64,000 nucleotides of DNA. Origin: Octopus vulgaris. Lineage: Eukaryota. This document shows, in pieces, positions 41,296 through 54,796 of the stretch. The notes under the pieces are model-generated. The model was not told where the DNA came from. It ran no database searches and worked only from the letters and a program-made list of their open reading frames with translations. Position numbers and translations under genes: made by a program. Where the stretch lies: assembly GCA_951406725.2 (NCBI GenBank), contig OX597823.1, positions 88,660,001-88,724,000 on the forward strand, read 5' to 3'. Within the stretch, counting starts at the first letter, position 1. The number at the start of each line of letters is the position of its first letter.

Positions 41296-41775
41296 GGAAG
41301 GTTTTCCAAGGTTGCGATGGATTCAGAAAAACTTGCAATATCTCTAAATAGCTCTTGCTGTTTATGCGTCGTAGAGTATGGCGTCTCATATTTTCACGCG
41401 TTCTTAATTTCTCATTTGAAATCCTTCTGTTGACGACTTTGCTCTGCATACTTATGGCAATAGATAAAATCAATGATATTGACAATATGTGATCAATCTA
41501 CATAGCATTACCTTTACAATATTTGCTTTGTGCGCAGGTTAGAAATCAATATATACGATGAAATATATATAATGATAAGAGTCAGAACTGGAACTTATTT
41601 CCTAACGAACAAACCCAAATATTATCTCAGTTAATAAAAAAAATCCTTTTATAATTTGGTCGGTGAAGTATGGACCACTGTTTTAAAGAGACAAGGAGAG
41701 TTGAGAATTCCTGACATTCACAAGGACTTAAATAAAATATATTGACAATGAATTTAATGTTTTAGTCATATGGCT

Positions 41776-42015
41776 AGGCACGGGAGTGGCTGTGTGGTAA
41801 GTAGCTTGCTTACGAACCACATGGTTCCGGGTTCAGTGTCTTCTACTATAGCCTCGGACCAACCAAAGCCTTGTGAGTTGATGAGGTAGACGGAAACTGA
41901 AAGAAGCCCGTCGTATATATGTATATATACATATATATGTGTATGTGTTTGTGTCTGCATTCCTCCCCCAAAAAATCACTTGACAACCGATGCTGGTGTG
42001 TTTACTTCCCCGTAA
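41776..42015 (+). mobile_element. SINE family B, 3'-truncated with internal deletion
   Basis: GGCACGGGAGTGGCTGTGTGGTAAGTAGCTTGC head. Confidence 0.82.
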
Positions 42016-42052
42016 CATATATATATATATATGTATATATACATGTATATAT

Positions 42053-42098
<46 letters not shown>

Positions 42099-43854
42099 TC
42101 GTACATTTGTGATATGTACAGTATCGATAGCGCTGATATAACCAATCGATTTCTTGAGAGGTACTGACATGGATATTCGTTAAAAGCACAGTTAAGCAAT
42201 ATCATGTACTTGCCATATATCAGAGCTACTTGGTATGAAAACCAGTATGGCGCTTGCTATCCGTTATTAGTGGTGCAAAAAGTATGTCTAGTGCGTGAGT
42301 GCTGCCAAAATAAAGATGAAACTAACTGAGCAAAATTTACAACCAGTATATGTCCCTTGGCTACAAAGGCCACTGATATGTGAGTCAATGTATGTGCGAC
42401 TAACTGGGTGTTATTCTTGTAGGGTTGGAATGTGGATGTGTGCAGATGTCCGAACGCTTAAGCCAACGTTCGGGCGCATATGTGCCTGTGTGTTCGTTTG
42501 TATATGTTTTGGTAAACCTCTTTGCTGGATTCTCAGGATGGGTCTGAAAATGTCAAAGGTTGCAAACTGATTATAATAGTCATGATGGAAAAGTATGAGA
42601 AAATATATCCTCTTTCATGTGGGCAAGGGTTAAAGATCTTCATTGGGCATTTTAGGTAGATGTCTGTCAACTGATAACTTTTAATATGGTTGTTTTCTAA
42701 GCTAGGCCTAATCTATATATGTTTGTATCAAATATGAAACTATTATAGATTGTATATAATAATGTTATCATTTGTATTACTAGGTCAGTAGAAAGCTACG
42801 TACAATCCTTTTCTGTGTCGCTTCATTTGCTATGGGAATGAGGAGCAAGACCCCTAGGAAAAGTGTTTGAAACCATTTTCAGTAAAAACAGTTACACACA
42901 CTCGCATACAGATACAGACACAGGTGCACAGATGCATACACAAATTACACATATTTGGGTGTATGAATACATGCATTTATATAGATAGACATACAAACAG
43001 ACAGACATATAGATAAATATGCATATGTATGTATATATATATATGCATATATTGCATTGGTATGAATTTAAAATATCTTATTGCGGGGCCTTGGTGCGTG
43101 AGTTCCAGACTTTTCAGGATGTAGGACCACCTCTTTGTTCACAAGTATACTCTGAACCGAGGTTGAAGAACCTTTTAGGCTCCCAACTTTCTAGCTATAG
43201 ATTAAGTACCATGTGAACTACTGGGTTTGAAGGAACCCTAGTTCTCATTTAATCTTCATTCTAGAAGATGAACTCATATGTAAAAGCTGAATAACACTTG
43301 GTTTCTGGTCGTATAGACATAAAGTCGTGCCATTCATGTTATAAATGATTACGCTGAAAAGTGAGTTCAGTTCTATGCAACACTGTATCCATTCAAAATG
43401 AATTCATGCACAGACTTTTGGAACATATATATGGACTCACTGACTTTACGCATTGGTCTCACTCTGTCACGAGTTGACATCCACTATATATATATATAAA
43501 TGAAAATAGCTTACAATACTACAAAAGCTACACGTAGGGCAAAAGAAGGAACCTGATCCTTCCTCAGTTATTGACCAAATATATTAATACCCAGTTTCGT
43601 GGCTTTAAAAAATAGGACAGGGAATTTTGTATATCGGCGGCACCCGCAAGATTTGCCTTGAGATAGGGCTCAAGCAAGCAAAACAATATAGTGGGGGACG
43701 TACGGAAGTAAACAAATGTAATTTGAATCCACAGACGAAGAAACTGAATAAAGCAAACGTATTTGTATGAATTCAATAATTATTTCAAGTATGTAAATAG
43801 TTTAACATATTCTTGTATGTGCATCTTATACATGCCAAATGATTTATATGACTT

Positions 43855-44153
43855 GGGGTAAGTAGCTTGCTTACCAACCACATGGTTCCGGGTTCTGACC
43901 CACAGCGTGGCACCTTGGGCAAGTGTCTTCTACTATAGCCTCGAGCCGACCAAAGCCATGTGAGTGGATTTCGTTGACGGAAACTGAAAGAAGCCCATCG
44001 TATATATGTGTATATATAAATATATGTGTGTGTTTGTGTGGCTGTATTTATCCCCCCAAGAAGACACTTGCACATGGTGACACGCAGTGGGACTGAACCC
44101 TGAAGCATGTGGTTGGTAAGCAAGCTACTTACCACAGAGCCACTCCTGCGCCT
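43855..44153. mobile_element. Two SINE family B 5' portions joined in inverted orientation
   Basis: Forward GGTAAGTAGCTTGCTTACCAACCACATG..., then reverse ...CATGTGGTTGGTAAGCAAGCTACTTACCACAGAGCCACTCCTGCGCC. Confidence 0.82.
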
Positions 44154-44772
44154 ATGGTTGTGAAATATTGTTTTAGATCTTCGTAAATATTAGGCGATGT
44201 TCTAGAAGCGCCTTTAGAGCAGGGGACAAATGCTTAGAATATTTGTTGACGTCATTTTTGCTCAGGCGGTCGATAACAGTAAGTACGTATCAAGTACTTG
44301 AACTAAAAATATCAACGAAACAGTGTCTTTCATGCACAAGCGAATAAGTTTCTCTAAGTGTCTAAAATCTTGTGCATCAGTTTAAATATGTGTTGAGATT
44401 CCCTGTTTTAATCTAAGAATTAATTCATGCCAGTTTTATGTTTACAACTGTAATTTTCATCGCAGTGTCTTCGATACATCATTTTCAATGGGATTATTTT
44501 GTAATTTTCATTAATTTAAAATTGTGACATTTTACGAATAAAATTTCTAATTTCGGACTTAGTCAAGTTCTAAAGACACCAGTAGCTTAGCTACAATGTT
44601 TGTATCATAACCACGTGTTTCCGGATATAATTCATTGCACAGCAACGTGATTTAGCCTTCATCTACTATAGCCTCGTTTTGACTGAGACCACGTGAATGA
44701 AATTTTGATAAAGGACAACTCTGCATAAGCCGGCCTTATATATCAATATATTTACAATCATATATATATACA

Positions 44773-44841
<69 letters not shown>

Positions 44842-44845
44842 TATG

Positions 44846-44907
<62 letters not shown>

Positions 44908-45459
44908 CAAACACATATGTACATACATACATAAATAGATACATAGACACACCCACTCACGCATAAATATTATAAGCGTGTATATATTCAATCATGTAAA
45001 GATAGATACGTGACTGTGTGTGCACACATATCAATGCATTTCTTTGTACGCATGAAAATATATCTACATCTGTGTGCATCTGTATACAAGTGTTGTCTGC
45101 ATCTGCAAGCCTCACTTTACCGGCTTTTTAACTAGTTAACCAAACATGTTCACTACAATGAAATACAGCTTTTGAAGTCCCAGGTAACACTAGTATGCTT
45201 AATGAACTTGCTTCTACTAAACATACACTGCTCCAGTGTTAATAAATGCATACTATGATTGTATAAGTTATATTTACACTAATTATTTCACATATATCTA
45301 AATACAATTGCCTGTTGGTCCCAAATTCCTTGGGAGCAAACAAATATGCATATAAACATACATGCAAACATTGTCCTCGAAGTAATGTATATACCAATAT
45401 TCATCCACGCATTTACATACACGTGTGTATACATCTACATTTATATCTATCTGTCTATA

Positions 45460-45654
45460 TATATATATATATACAACATATATTCCTGTGTATCTATGTT
45501 TCTATATATATAGTTATATGTGTATCCTATGTATGTGTGTATGTATGTGTATGTATATATATATATATATGTATATATGTATGCATGTGTGTCTATATAT
45601 ATATGTATATATCTGTATGTATGTGTGTATATATATATATATATGTATCTGTAT

Positions 45655-45696
<42 letters not shown>

Positions 45697-45703
45697 GTAT
45701 GTA

Positions 45704-45737
<34 letters not shown>

Positions 45738-45789
45738 TGTATATATATATATGTATGTATGTGTATATATATATATGTATGTGTGTGTA

Positions 45790-45824
<35 letters not shown>

Positions 45825-45855
45825 CAGTGCGCGCGCACATGTGTGTATGTGTAAA
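45460..45855. repeat. (AT)n/(TATG)n/(TG)n compound microsatellite
   Basis: Visible directly. Confidence 0.9.
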
Positions 45856-46312
45856 TATGTATGCGTTTGTGTGTTTGTAATTCATGCCTGATGTTGACAT
45901 GCTTTCTACCAATACTTTAGGTTACTATGGCATTTCGGTATGCGGCTTACCTTGCGAGGTTTCTGTAACTTAATATCTCGTAGTTGTTCCTTAATATTAA
46001 TATCATAGCGAAACCATCCAAGGTTTATTTTGGGTTACAACTCAATAAAACAACATTCATATATTTCATTGAATAACGAAAGGAGTACTTTTCGGAGTCA
46101 TTCTTGAATGAGGTTTGGTTTAACATGGGTGAGGGTTTTCCCTTTCCTTTTTTCTAATTCTCCATTTCCTCTCTCTATATGTTCTTTTTTTTTTTTTTCG
46201 TTATTAAAATCAAAGTTTTATAAATCCAAATTGGGGAATGTATGTTAGAATCAAATCGAGCTGCAGTTCCAACAGAATTTCTAAATTAATTCCAAATTAT
46301 ATATAGATATTC

Positions 46313-46550
46313 TACATACATGCATGCATAAATGCATACATACAGACATACGTTTATGAATATTTCTATGCATGCATACATACGTACGTACATGCGTGCA
46401 TACATACATAAATACATACATTCATACATGCATGCATACATATATGCATGCATACATATATGCATGCATACATATACCCATGCATACATATGTGCATGTA
46501 TACATATATGCATACATACATACATACATACATGCATACATGCATACATG
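46313..46550. repeat. (CATA)n/(CATG)n degenerate microsatellite
   Basis: Visible directly. Confidence 0.9.
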
Positions 46551-47302
46551 CAATCCCTGGTTTTATAGAGAAATAAATTCCGTGGCAAAACACTTTACAT
46601 GGTTAAAGCATTGTTTCATGAGTGACAAATAAAGCCGTGCAATGTTACATATAGCAGAAGTTGTGTACGTTTATCTAAAAATAATTAAACATAATATCTT
46701 TTCTTTCTTTCTTTCTGTTTTTTTTTTGTTTTCTTATGTTCAGTCATTCTTCTTCTTTCTTTCTCTCTCCCTCAAATTCTCAAAATTTAAAATTCTTCAT
46801 TATAACAAACGCTTAGTAATGTACAGTATTACATTAAAAAGAATTAATTTATTAACCCTTATCCAACGAAACATATGCAAGTTAAAGATGCTGTAAAACT
46901 TCTATAAACTTCTACAAAACGCCGAAGTAAAGAATAGCTGAGATTTGCGGCAATACATCTTGTTCAGGTGTATAGAATAGCTCCAAGTCACTGCTGCAAG
47001 ACAACTAAACACTTATAATTATATAATACTACTACTACTGTCTACAACAATAAGTTGTTCGCTACTTCTTGTTGCGTGGTTACAATTAGGTAGACTTAAA
47101 TAACGAAAGTTACATATGAGGCTGTGAATGTTTAATACAATGCCGGTAATGGAATGCGAACTATCCACACTTCGGATTGTAGTCCGACATACTATCGACT
47201 GGACATGTGCAACTTTCTGTATTATATAATGCTGAAATGGAGACCAAACTTTTAGAAAATTAAATAAAATTAAATTGAATTAAATTAAATGAATTTTCCT
47301 AC

Positions 47303-47569
47303 CTTTTCTTTCGTGGTCGCGATATAAACACTTGATATCTTTTTTGACTTCCGCTTGAGGAGTTTAGGGTATTGTGGTCCATTACAGTCGTAATTCCGTT
47401 GGGGGCAACGAGACGTTGAAACAGAAACAAGAGGAACATCCGGGGGGGAAGGGTGGGATTCTTCAGAATTCCTCGATTTATTGTCCATTGACATAAAGCT
47501 ATAAGCAACACTCGTCATGTTGGAAGAAGCGTCACCGACATTGGGATCTGCTTGCGCCGTTAAACGCAT
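47303..47569 (-). CDS. Putative first coding exon of an unidentified host gene (89 codons from ATG 47569, or 72 from ATG 47518)
   Basis: Non-repetitive, GC- and CpG-elevated open frame MRLTAQADPNVGDASSNMTSVAYSFMSMDNKSRNSEESHPSPPDVPLVSVSTSRCPQRNYDCNGPQYPKLLKRKSKKISSVYIATTKEK ending at a phase-0 donor AAG|GTAGGA, followed at once by AT-rich sequence. No domain recognised. Confidence 0.55.
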
Positions 47570-48247
47570 GCATATCGATGTGTCGTTAGCTTGTCCCGTA
47601 AAATACACATCAACGTTTTGACGATTAATCTTCGTAGTTTTACAGAAACTAGTTATGAAAAGTAATATGTAATAGCGTAACAGAGATGGGGGCAAGTTTA
47701 GCTTAGCTTATGTTTATTTATATGCACATATTCACATATGGTTATATGCTAGCAGATATAGAAAAAGAAACAGCTAGAATTAAGTACTGACACGCCTGTG
47801 TGAAGAATAAGTGTGGAAATCGAATGTGACAATAAAACTAGCAGATGTTTTTGCTATCGCTTATATAAACTTAGGTATCAATTTTTCTCTTTGAAAAACG
47901 AAAAATACGTATTTATTCTATCAGCAGGGATTTCGCTCATTAAAACTAATATAGAATAGTCAAGGTAACTACGATAACAGGTCAAAATATAAATAACAAT
48001 AACTAGTCAAAAATATTCAGTCAAATAGAAATTGCCTGTTAAAGTATATAAACACACTACGTGAAAAAGGTGTGAGTAGTTGTCTGCCCCTACATTTGAC
48101 AGGTATTTTTGGTTTATTTTTTATTTTTTTCTTTCTAGATTCCTTTTCACAAACTTTGTTATTATTCTGCAGACAACTTAGTTCATGCTGAAATAGTGTC
48201 CGTGCGGATAAATACAGACACATACATGCATGCATCCACATATACAT

Positions 48248-48293
<46 letters not shown>

Positions 48294-48976
48294 TAATAAA
48301 ACATACTGTGTGTGCAGTCTTGATTACAATTATGTGCACCCATTCATTGCGCACACCACACGCTTCAGTAAACTATATATATATATGTGGAATATTTTGA
48401 TTTAGTTTAAATATACTTTACACTTTGCAATTATTCTACTATTTAAATTTATTGCAAACGATGAAGAAAACGGGATAAATAAATTCGAAATAAGAACAAT
48501 ATATTTCTTATATACAATTATTTCGTAATACAGTTAGCACTTCTGATCATAAATTTATTTCTCACAATAAGATTGGGGAAGAATATTCATAGAACGAAAG
48601 GTGTCTAAGTGCTATTTATAATAAATAGAGATCCTCCCTTTATTTATATGCATATGGGTGTATATACCTGTAGCTATTTAAGATTATGTGTATAAACATC
48701 CGTAAATTATGTAGTAGCACTAAACCGTTACATATATAATATAAGAAAAAAAATGCAGAAATGCGACAATGAAAATATCGAGGAAACAGCAAAAGATAAT
48801 ACTAAAGAATAGAGAAAGATATAAAAGCATAAGAGAAAGAAAACAAATAGTTTATGTCTCTTAAATATGCGTATATTATTATATAAGAAGTCTGACAATT
48901 TAATAGGATAAAAGTAGAAAAGGAGCACAGATTTATGTGACAGATCGTGTCTATAGATATATCTCAATAATATTAC

Positions 48977-49043
<67 letters not shown>

Positions 49044-49563
49044 AGAGAGAGAGAAACAGAGAGAAATATGTATGAGTCTGTATTACTGCGAGCGATACTT
49101 TTCTAAGGTACTTATAGAAGTTTGGGACTATGAAATAAGTTAAGAGAATTAGCGATAGAATGGTAAAGTAAGGAAAAAGAATGAGTGTAACAGACACAGT
49201 AGAGAGAGAGAGAGAGAGAGTAATAGAGAGAGAGAAGAAAAAGACAGCTAAAGCGTGTGACAAGCGACCGGGCTCGAAAGAGGGTGTGGATAGGCGCAGT
49301 GAGTTGAAAGAAATAAGAAAATTTGTAAAAACCGATAAAGTCGAGGAGAATGTACTGGTATGTATATATGAACTGGACTACTAAATGCTGCAGCAGCAGT
49401 AAGACAGTGTACTCCTTGAAAAAAAAAAACACTCTTCAATACTAGTAGTAATAGTAGTGATGAAAGATATGCGGGTGAAAGCAAAAATAAATAAAATGAG
49501 ATACATACATAAATATATACACGCGGATGAATTAACTCACAAACGCACTTTCATACGTATAGG

Positions 49564-49605
<42 letters not shown>

Positions 49606-49762
49606 AATACAAACACACATACACACACACACGTATGTAAATACAAGCGTTTTCACAGTAAATATACACCCATATTGTAAATGATAGTTATACACATGAA
49701 CATATACTTATTTTAACGCACTCATACATTTGCACATGTGTGTGTATAGGTATACAAACATA

Positions 49763-49805
<43 letters not shown>

Positions 49806-51089
49806 TATATATATGTGCATATGTACACACATATACATATATTTGTATATATATATATATATATATATATAATTATAAATATATATATATATATATAATT
49901 ACAGATATATATGTATATATATATAGGTGTGTGTGTATGTATGTGTATATATTTGTATATGGTATTTATACTTTGTTGAGATAGTATTATGTTGGTAAAA
50001 GTAAAAGTAAAAGAAAACGTCACGAAGCAATAAATGTAGGTGGGCAATGATTACGAAAAGGAAACAAACATTAAGAGAGTAAGAGAGAGAGAGAGAGAGT
50101 GGGAAGAGAAGAGGGGAGGGAATGAGGAAAAGGGAGAAGGAAAGAGAAAGTAGGAGGTAAGGAGTAAGAGCGGGAGGCGCCGACGATAGGAAGAGATTCG
50201 CCAAAACGCCAAAACGCCAAAACTTAGAGAAGTACAATTTGCATGTGTGTGTGTATGTGTGTGTGTGTACGAAGAATGAGAGTAGGAGTGAGAGGGGAAA
50301 GGCAGAAAAGGGAAAAGGTATGAGAGAGATTTGGGAAGAGAAAGAGGAAAAGGTGTTAAAAATAAATAGAATAGTTCAGCAGAGAGGTAGGTAAGTAGGT
50401 AGGAAGATAGGTAGGTAGGAAGGTAGGTAGTAGATGTGGAAGAAGAAAAGTAATATAAACAGGTGCAGCAACTACCACGAAATTTGTTGGTGAAGGTCTG
50501 CAAAGGAAGATGGCAAGTTTCATAAGTAGTATTTGTACGTGTGTGTATGAGATTGAGAGAGGTGAGAGAGGTGTGTGAGAGAGAGTGTGTAAATAGCTAT
50601 GTGAGTTAGTGAGGGATTGATGTGAATAAATGAGTGAGTAGCGTGTGAGTGAATGAGTATCTGCCAGAATATTCTAGACAGTAAAGTTGATGTACGCCAG
50701 AATGGAGTTTGAAACAGGAGATAGAGTTTCGTAAGTTGATACTTTGAAAGTACAAAAAAAGTAATAGTAGGTTACATCTATGCCTGATTCTTAATCTCCG
50801 TCCACAAACGCACACAGATTCATACGCACGCACACATATGCTCTAGAAAACACATTTACACAAACACACACACACAAACCAAAGATAAAAACATGCATAC
50901 GAATAGCATCACACTCTCAGTTTTCTGTCTCTGTCACAGTGACTATTCCTGATATTATTGTGACCGTCCGCTTTGTCTATCTTCCGGGAGTTAAGCACAC
51001 CTGGACGTCAACATGTCTATCGTCAGGAATTTGCATAATATCCTTGACTCACAGACTTAATTTCTGTCCACCACTGGTCCTCAGTCCAC

Positions 51090-51322
51090 CACTGGTCCTC
51101 AACCATTCTTTGGACCTCTTTAATTCTTCTTTTACTCTACTGGACACACATAGTCAGTCATTCCATGTTAAAAATATTCAATTGTATTTTATTGGGAATT
51201 GCATTAAAAAGTTTTTAATATTTTGTATATTGTACAAGTATAAGCGATTTATTGCGCATAAGTTTTAACGAAATCTCTTATGGACCCTCAAGTTTCAGAT
51301 GGACCCCGGTTGAAAACCACTG
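51090..51322. mobile_element. hAT-like MITE relic
   Basis: Ends CACTGGTCCTCAACC / GGTTGAAAACCACTG resemble the CAGTGGTTCTCAACC hAT TIR; 18-bp tandem duplication GTCCACCACTGGTCCTCA at the left end; TSD not evident. Confidence 0.55.
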
Positions 51323-51995
51323 CTTTTTCTTTCTGGTTTTATTATTATAATTGTTTTTTAGTTATTTTACTGTCAGTGGATGGCAGATTTGCTGGGACAC
51401 TATTTTGAGTCTGGAACTTATCCTCTCTGCCCTCCCCAGGCCGAACCTCTAAATTACAGGGACGTAAACAAACAAACACTTGTTTTCAGGTAGCATAGGA
51501 TTGAATGGAAGATGCTCAAGATGATGCAGAGTGGAGCCCCTCCGAGAACACCTTAATCACGCAGCTACATAATATTTTTATATATAATTACATATATACA
51601 CATTTACTTAAAATATACATATATGCACACAAACACATGCATGCATATGTTTATATACAAATAGACACACACCCACATTCACAACACTGTGGTACAAACA
51701 GAGACAGAGACAGAAGGAAGAACTTGCAGAATTGATTACTTTTTAAAAAAAGTAAGCGTTTTACTATTCCTACATATTGGTATTGGTTTAGTTAGAAAAA
51801 AAAAGTTTAATGTGAAACCTCAAAGGCCGAATGTCAATCAAATTCATCTTCAGTTCCCAAAGACACATGGCTGCCATAAAGCACTGTCATCACATAACAA
51901 TTTTCAGAAGTTGCACGTAAAATTATCTGTGTATATATGGAGAACGGGTAGACGTAGAGGGCTATTTATATACCTATAACTATGCACACACACAA

Positions 51996-52061
<66 letters not shown>

Positions 52062-52129
52062 TTATAATACAATACATATATATACATATGTTTGCATTTA
52101 TATATTTATATAAAATATAAAATATAATA

Positions 52130-52380
52130 AATAAATGCGCCCCTTTAAAGCCTAGCCATGCTCATGGGCCCGGTTTCTTGGTTACTATAGCGTATGTGTT
52201 ACCCAGCTAGACCGGACCCCAGTCCGTCGCATCGTTACTCATTTTTGCCAGCTGAGTGGACTGGAGCAATGTGAAATGAAGTGTTTTGCTCAAGAATACA
52301 ACGCGTCGCCCGGTCCAGGAATCGAAACCACAATCTTTCGATCATTAGGCTGACACCCTAACCACTAAGCCACGCGCCTC

Positions 52381-52384
<4 letters not shown>
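52130..52384 (-). mobile_element. SINE family C (short variant)
   Basis: Matches 31925-32168. Confidence 0.85.
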
Positions 52385-52438
<54 letters not shown>

Positions 52439-52471
52439 ATGTATGTATGTATGTATGTATGTATGTATGTA

Positions 52472-52508
<37 letters not shown>

Positions 52509-52949
52509 TGACAGATATGTATGTATATATATACATACATACACACATATCTGTCAATCTATACGTGGGAGCTTGTGTGCTTGTGTGTGCGTGTGTGTAC
52601 TGCATACTTTTTGTATTTAGTTATGTTTTTCTTACACTCAGAAGTCTTGGCCATGCTGGGGCATCGTCACTGATATGATTTGTCCTTTATGCCATTGCAT
52701 ACCCACGAGGCTTTCTGTTTTGGGTTTTGCTAAACGACTGTAGTGGACCGGGCCACACATAACTACGTTCCTTGCAGTGATGTGGGTTCATGTAATATCA
52801 TATAATAGATACATACTGCTAAACATATATATTTACATATATATATATAAATGTATATAAATATATAAATATTGTAAATGTACAGACATATACTTATAAT
52901 TATATGCATAAAAATTTACATATATATATATATATATAATATATACCAG

Positions 52950-53190
52950 GCTAACAGACGTTGCTACACATCGCTGGTCACAATGCGCTTCACATTGTTT
53001 TAGCCTGCAAATGACGCAACCGCGCTAGCTGAGCGAGCAGGCCAACAGAGGTGAGAGTGAGAGGAAGTTGTGGTGAAAGAATGCAGCAGGGATTGCTACC
53101 ACCCCCCGCTGGAGTCTCGTGGAGCTTTAGGTGTTTTCACTCAATAAACACTCACAACGGCCGGTCTAGGAATCGAAACCGCGACCCTGC
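52950..53190 (-). mobile_element. SINE family C variant with a different 3' region
   Basis: Shares CTCGTGGAGCTTTAGGTGTTTTC.CTCAATAAACA body with the 8240 copy; the 52950-53050 part differs. Confidence 0.7.
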
Positions 53191-53239
53191 AACATACATA
53201 TGTGTGTCTGTGTGTACGTATGTATGTATGCATGAGTGC

Positions 53240-53273
<34 letters not shown>

Positions 53274-53639
53274 GTTCTATAGACACGCATGTATACATTC
53301 TCGCAAATAATTAAATACACATTCTTGCATGTATGCGTATATGAATGCGCTTACAGTCGGGTGTGCTGTGTTCATGTCTGCATGCCAGCGCGCGCATGCG
53401 TACATGAAGGCTGAATGTAAGTAAACATGTGTCTCTTGATAAGTTGGATTATAGCAGGATAGTCAGATGGTTCACAGTTATTTCCTTCAATGCAGTCAAG
53501 TGTGAAATACCATTTCCCTGTCTTTATTTCTAGATTGGGGGAAATATATTCAATTAATGCCTCCTCTCTGTAATTATGAACCGTTATAAATGCATACAAA
53601 ACCGTAAATGCTTACTTTCAAGTAACACACACTCACAAC

Positions 53640-53685
<46 letters not shown>

Positions 53686-54134
53686 CACGCACACACATGC
53701 ACGCACACACACACACACATATGATAATGCATATATGCCTGAACATACGTATTCATAATATATACGTATCATGTACAATATCTACAAACGTAATATGTAT
53801 ATAAATTATATATGTAAAATATATATATATATATAATATTTATATAAATATATATATTATACATAATATATGAACAAACACATGCTCGCGCGTGTGTGTA
53901 TTTCTCGCGCTCGGAATTTCATTGCAGTTTCCAAAACAGTACACCTATAAAAGGACTTTTTTCCTCCAGATGATAAACTGCAGCTTCTGGCTTTTCAACG
54001 ACACATTAAATATGTCAGATAAATAAAATATTTTACTCTATAAATTCTTCTATTGTATGATAGAAATTTTAATTCAGCTGTTGTGGCCTCATTACAAATC
54101 AATGTTTGTACATCGTCTGGATATCCTTCAGACT

Positions 54135-54220
54135 GGTGGACTCGATTTAGTTTCGTAAGTAACATATGTTCGTGACAATGACATGTCGCAACTTCGACGA
54201 AATGTACCTCTTCAGTCTCC
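54135..54220 (-). ncRNA. Degenerate hammerhead-like motif
   Basis: Minus: GGAGA-CTGAAGA-GGTACAT...ATGTTACTTAC-GAAA-CTAAATCGAG-TC-CACC; the inverted partial copy at 55261-55312 has GGTGA-CTGAAGA. Confidence 0.4.
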
Positions 54221-54363
54221 CATAACTTCCAAGGTGATCTCATTTCGACTAGCTTTGCAGTATATTATGCCCAAAAAGTCTATTAAGGGATTTTCTCGGA
54301 CGATAAACTGCAGCTGTTGGCTTGTCAGGGATCCACTTACAACAAGTATGTTTTATATATCTA

Positions 54364-54793
54364 CTAGCAGTATCGCCCGGCGTTGCTCGGGTTTGTAAGG
54401 GAAATAACTATATGAAGCATTTTTAGAGATGTAAAGTATAATAACCATCTCAATATGGCTAACCACAAAGGGGGGGGGGGGGGTACTGTACCTTTTTGCG
54501 TTCTGAGATTTAATAATAAATTTTTAGAGAGTTACTTCCTAAGGGAAGTAACTCTCTAAAAAAACAGTAATATAAAATATGCCAAAAATGCATTAATTAT
54601 GGGAAGATTGATGGTAATTTTTTTTTAATCGTAGACTCATCGTAGACGCGCGCTAATACCCAGAAAGGCTCGATATGAATCACGACTATTAGATACCCGG
54701 TTTTGGTTAAACTGCACCGCAAAATGTGGGAGTAGTTAGGAATCAAAATCGTAGGAGACAGACAGCACACATCCTCACTTTTATATATAAAGA
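54364..54793 (-). mobile_element. Non-autonomous Helitron
   Basis: Minus 5' TCTTTATATATAAAAGTG, 3' hairpin CCCGAGCAACGCCGGG plus CTAG, A|T target; 3' end matches the 12952 copy. Confidence 0.82.
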
Positions 54794-54796
54794 TAT

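Noticed and set aside
43352-43580. CTGAAAA-GTGAGT...ACTCAC and a minus-strand CTGAGGA-AGGA...TCCTT as further hammerheads
   Set aside because: No correctly placed GAAA, stem III or stem I.
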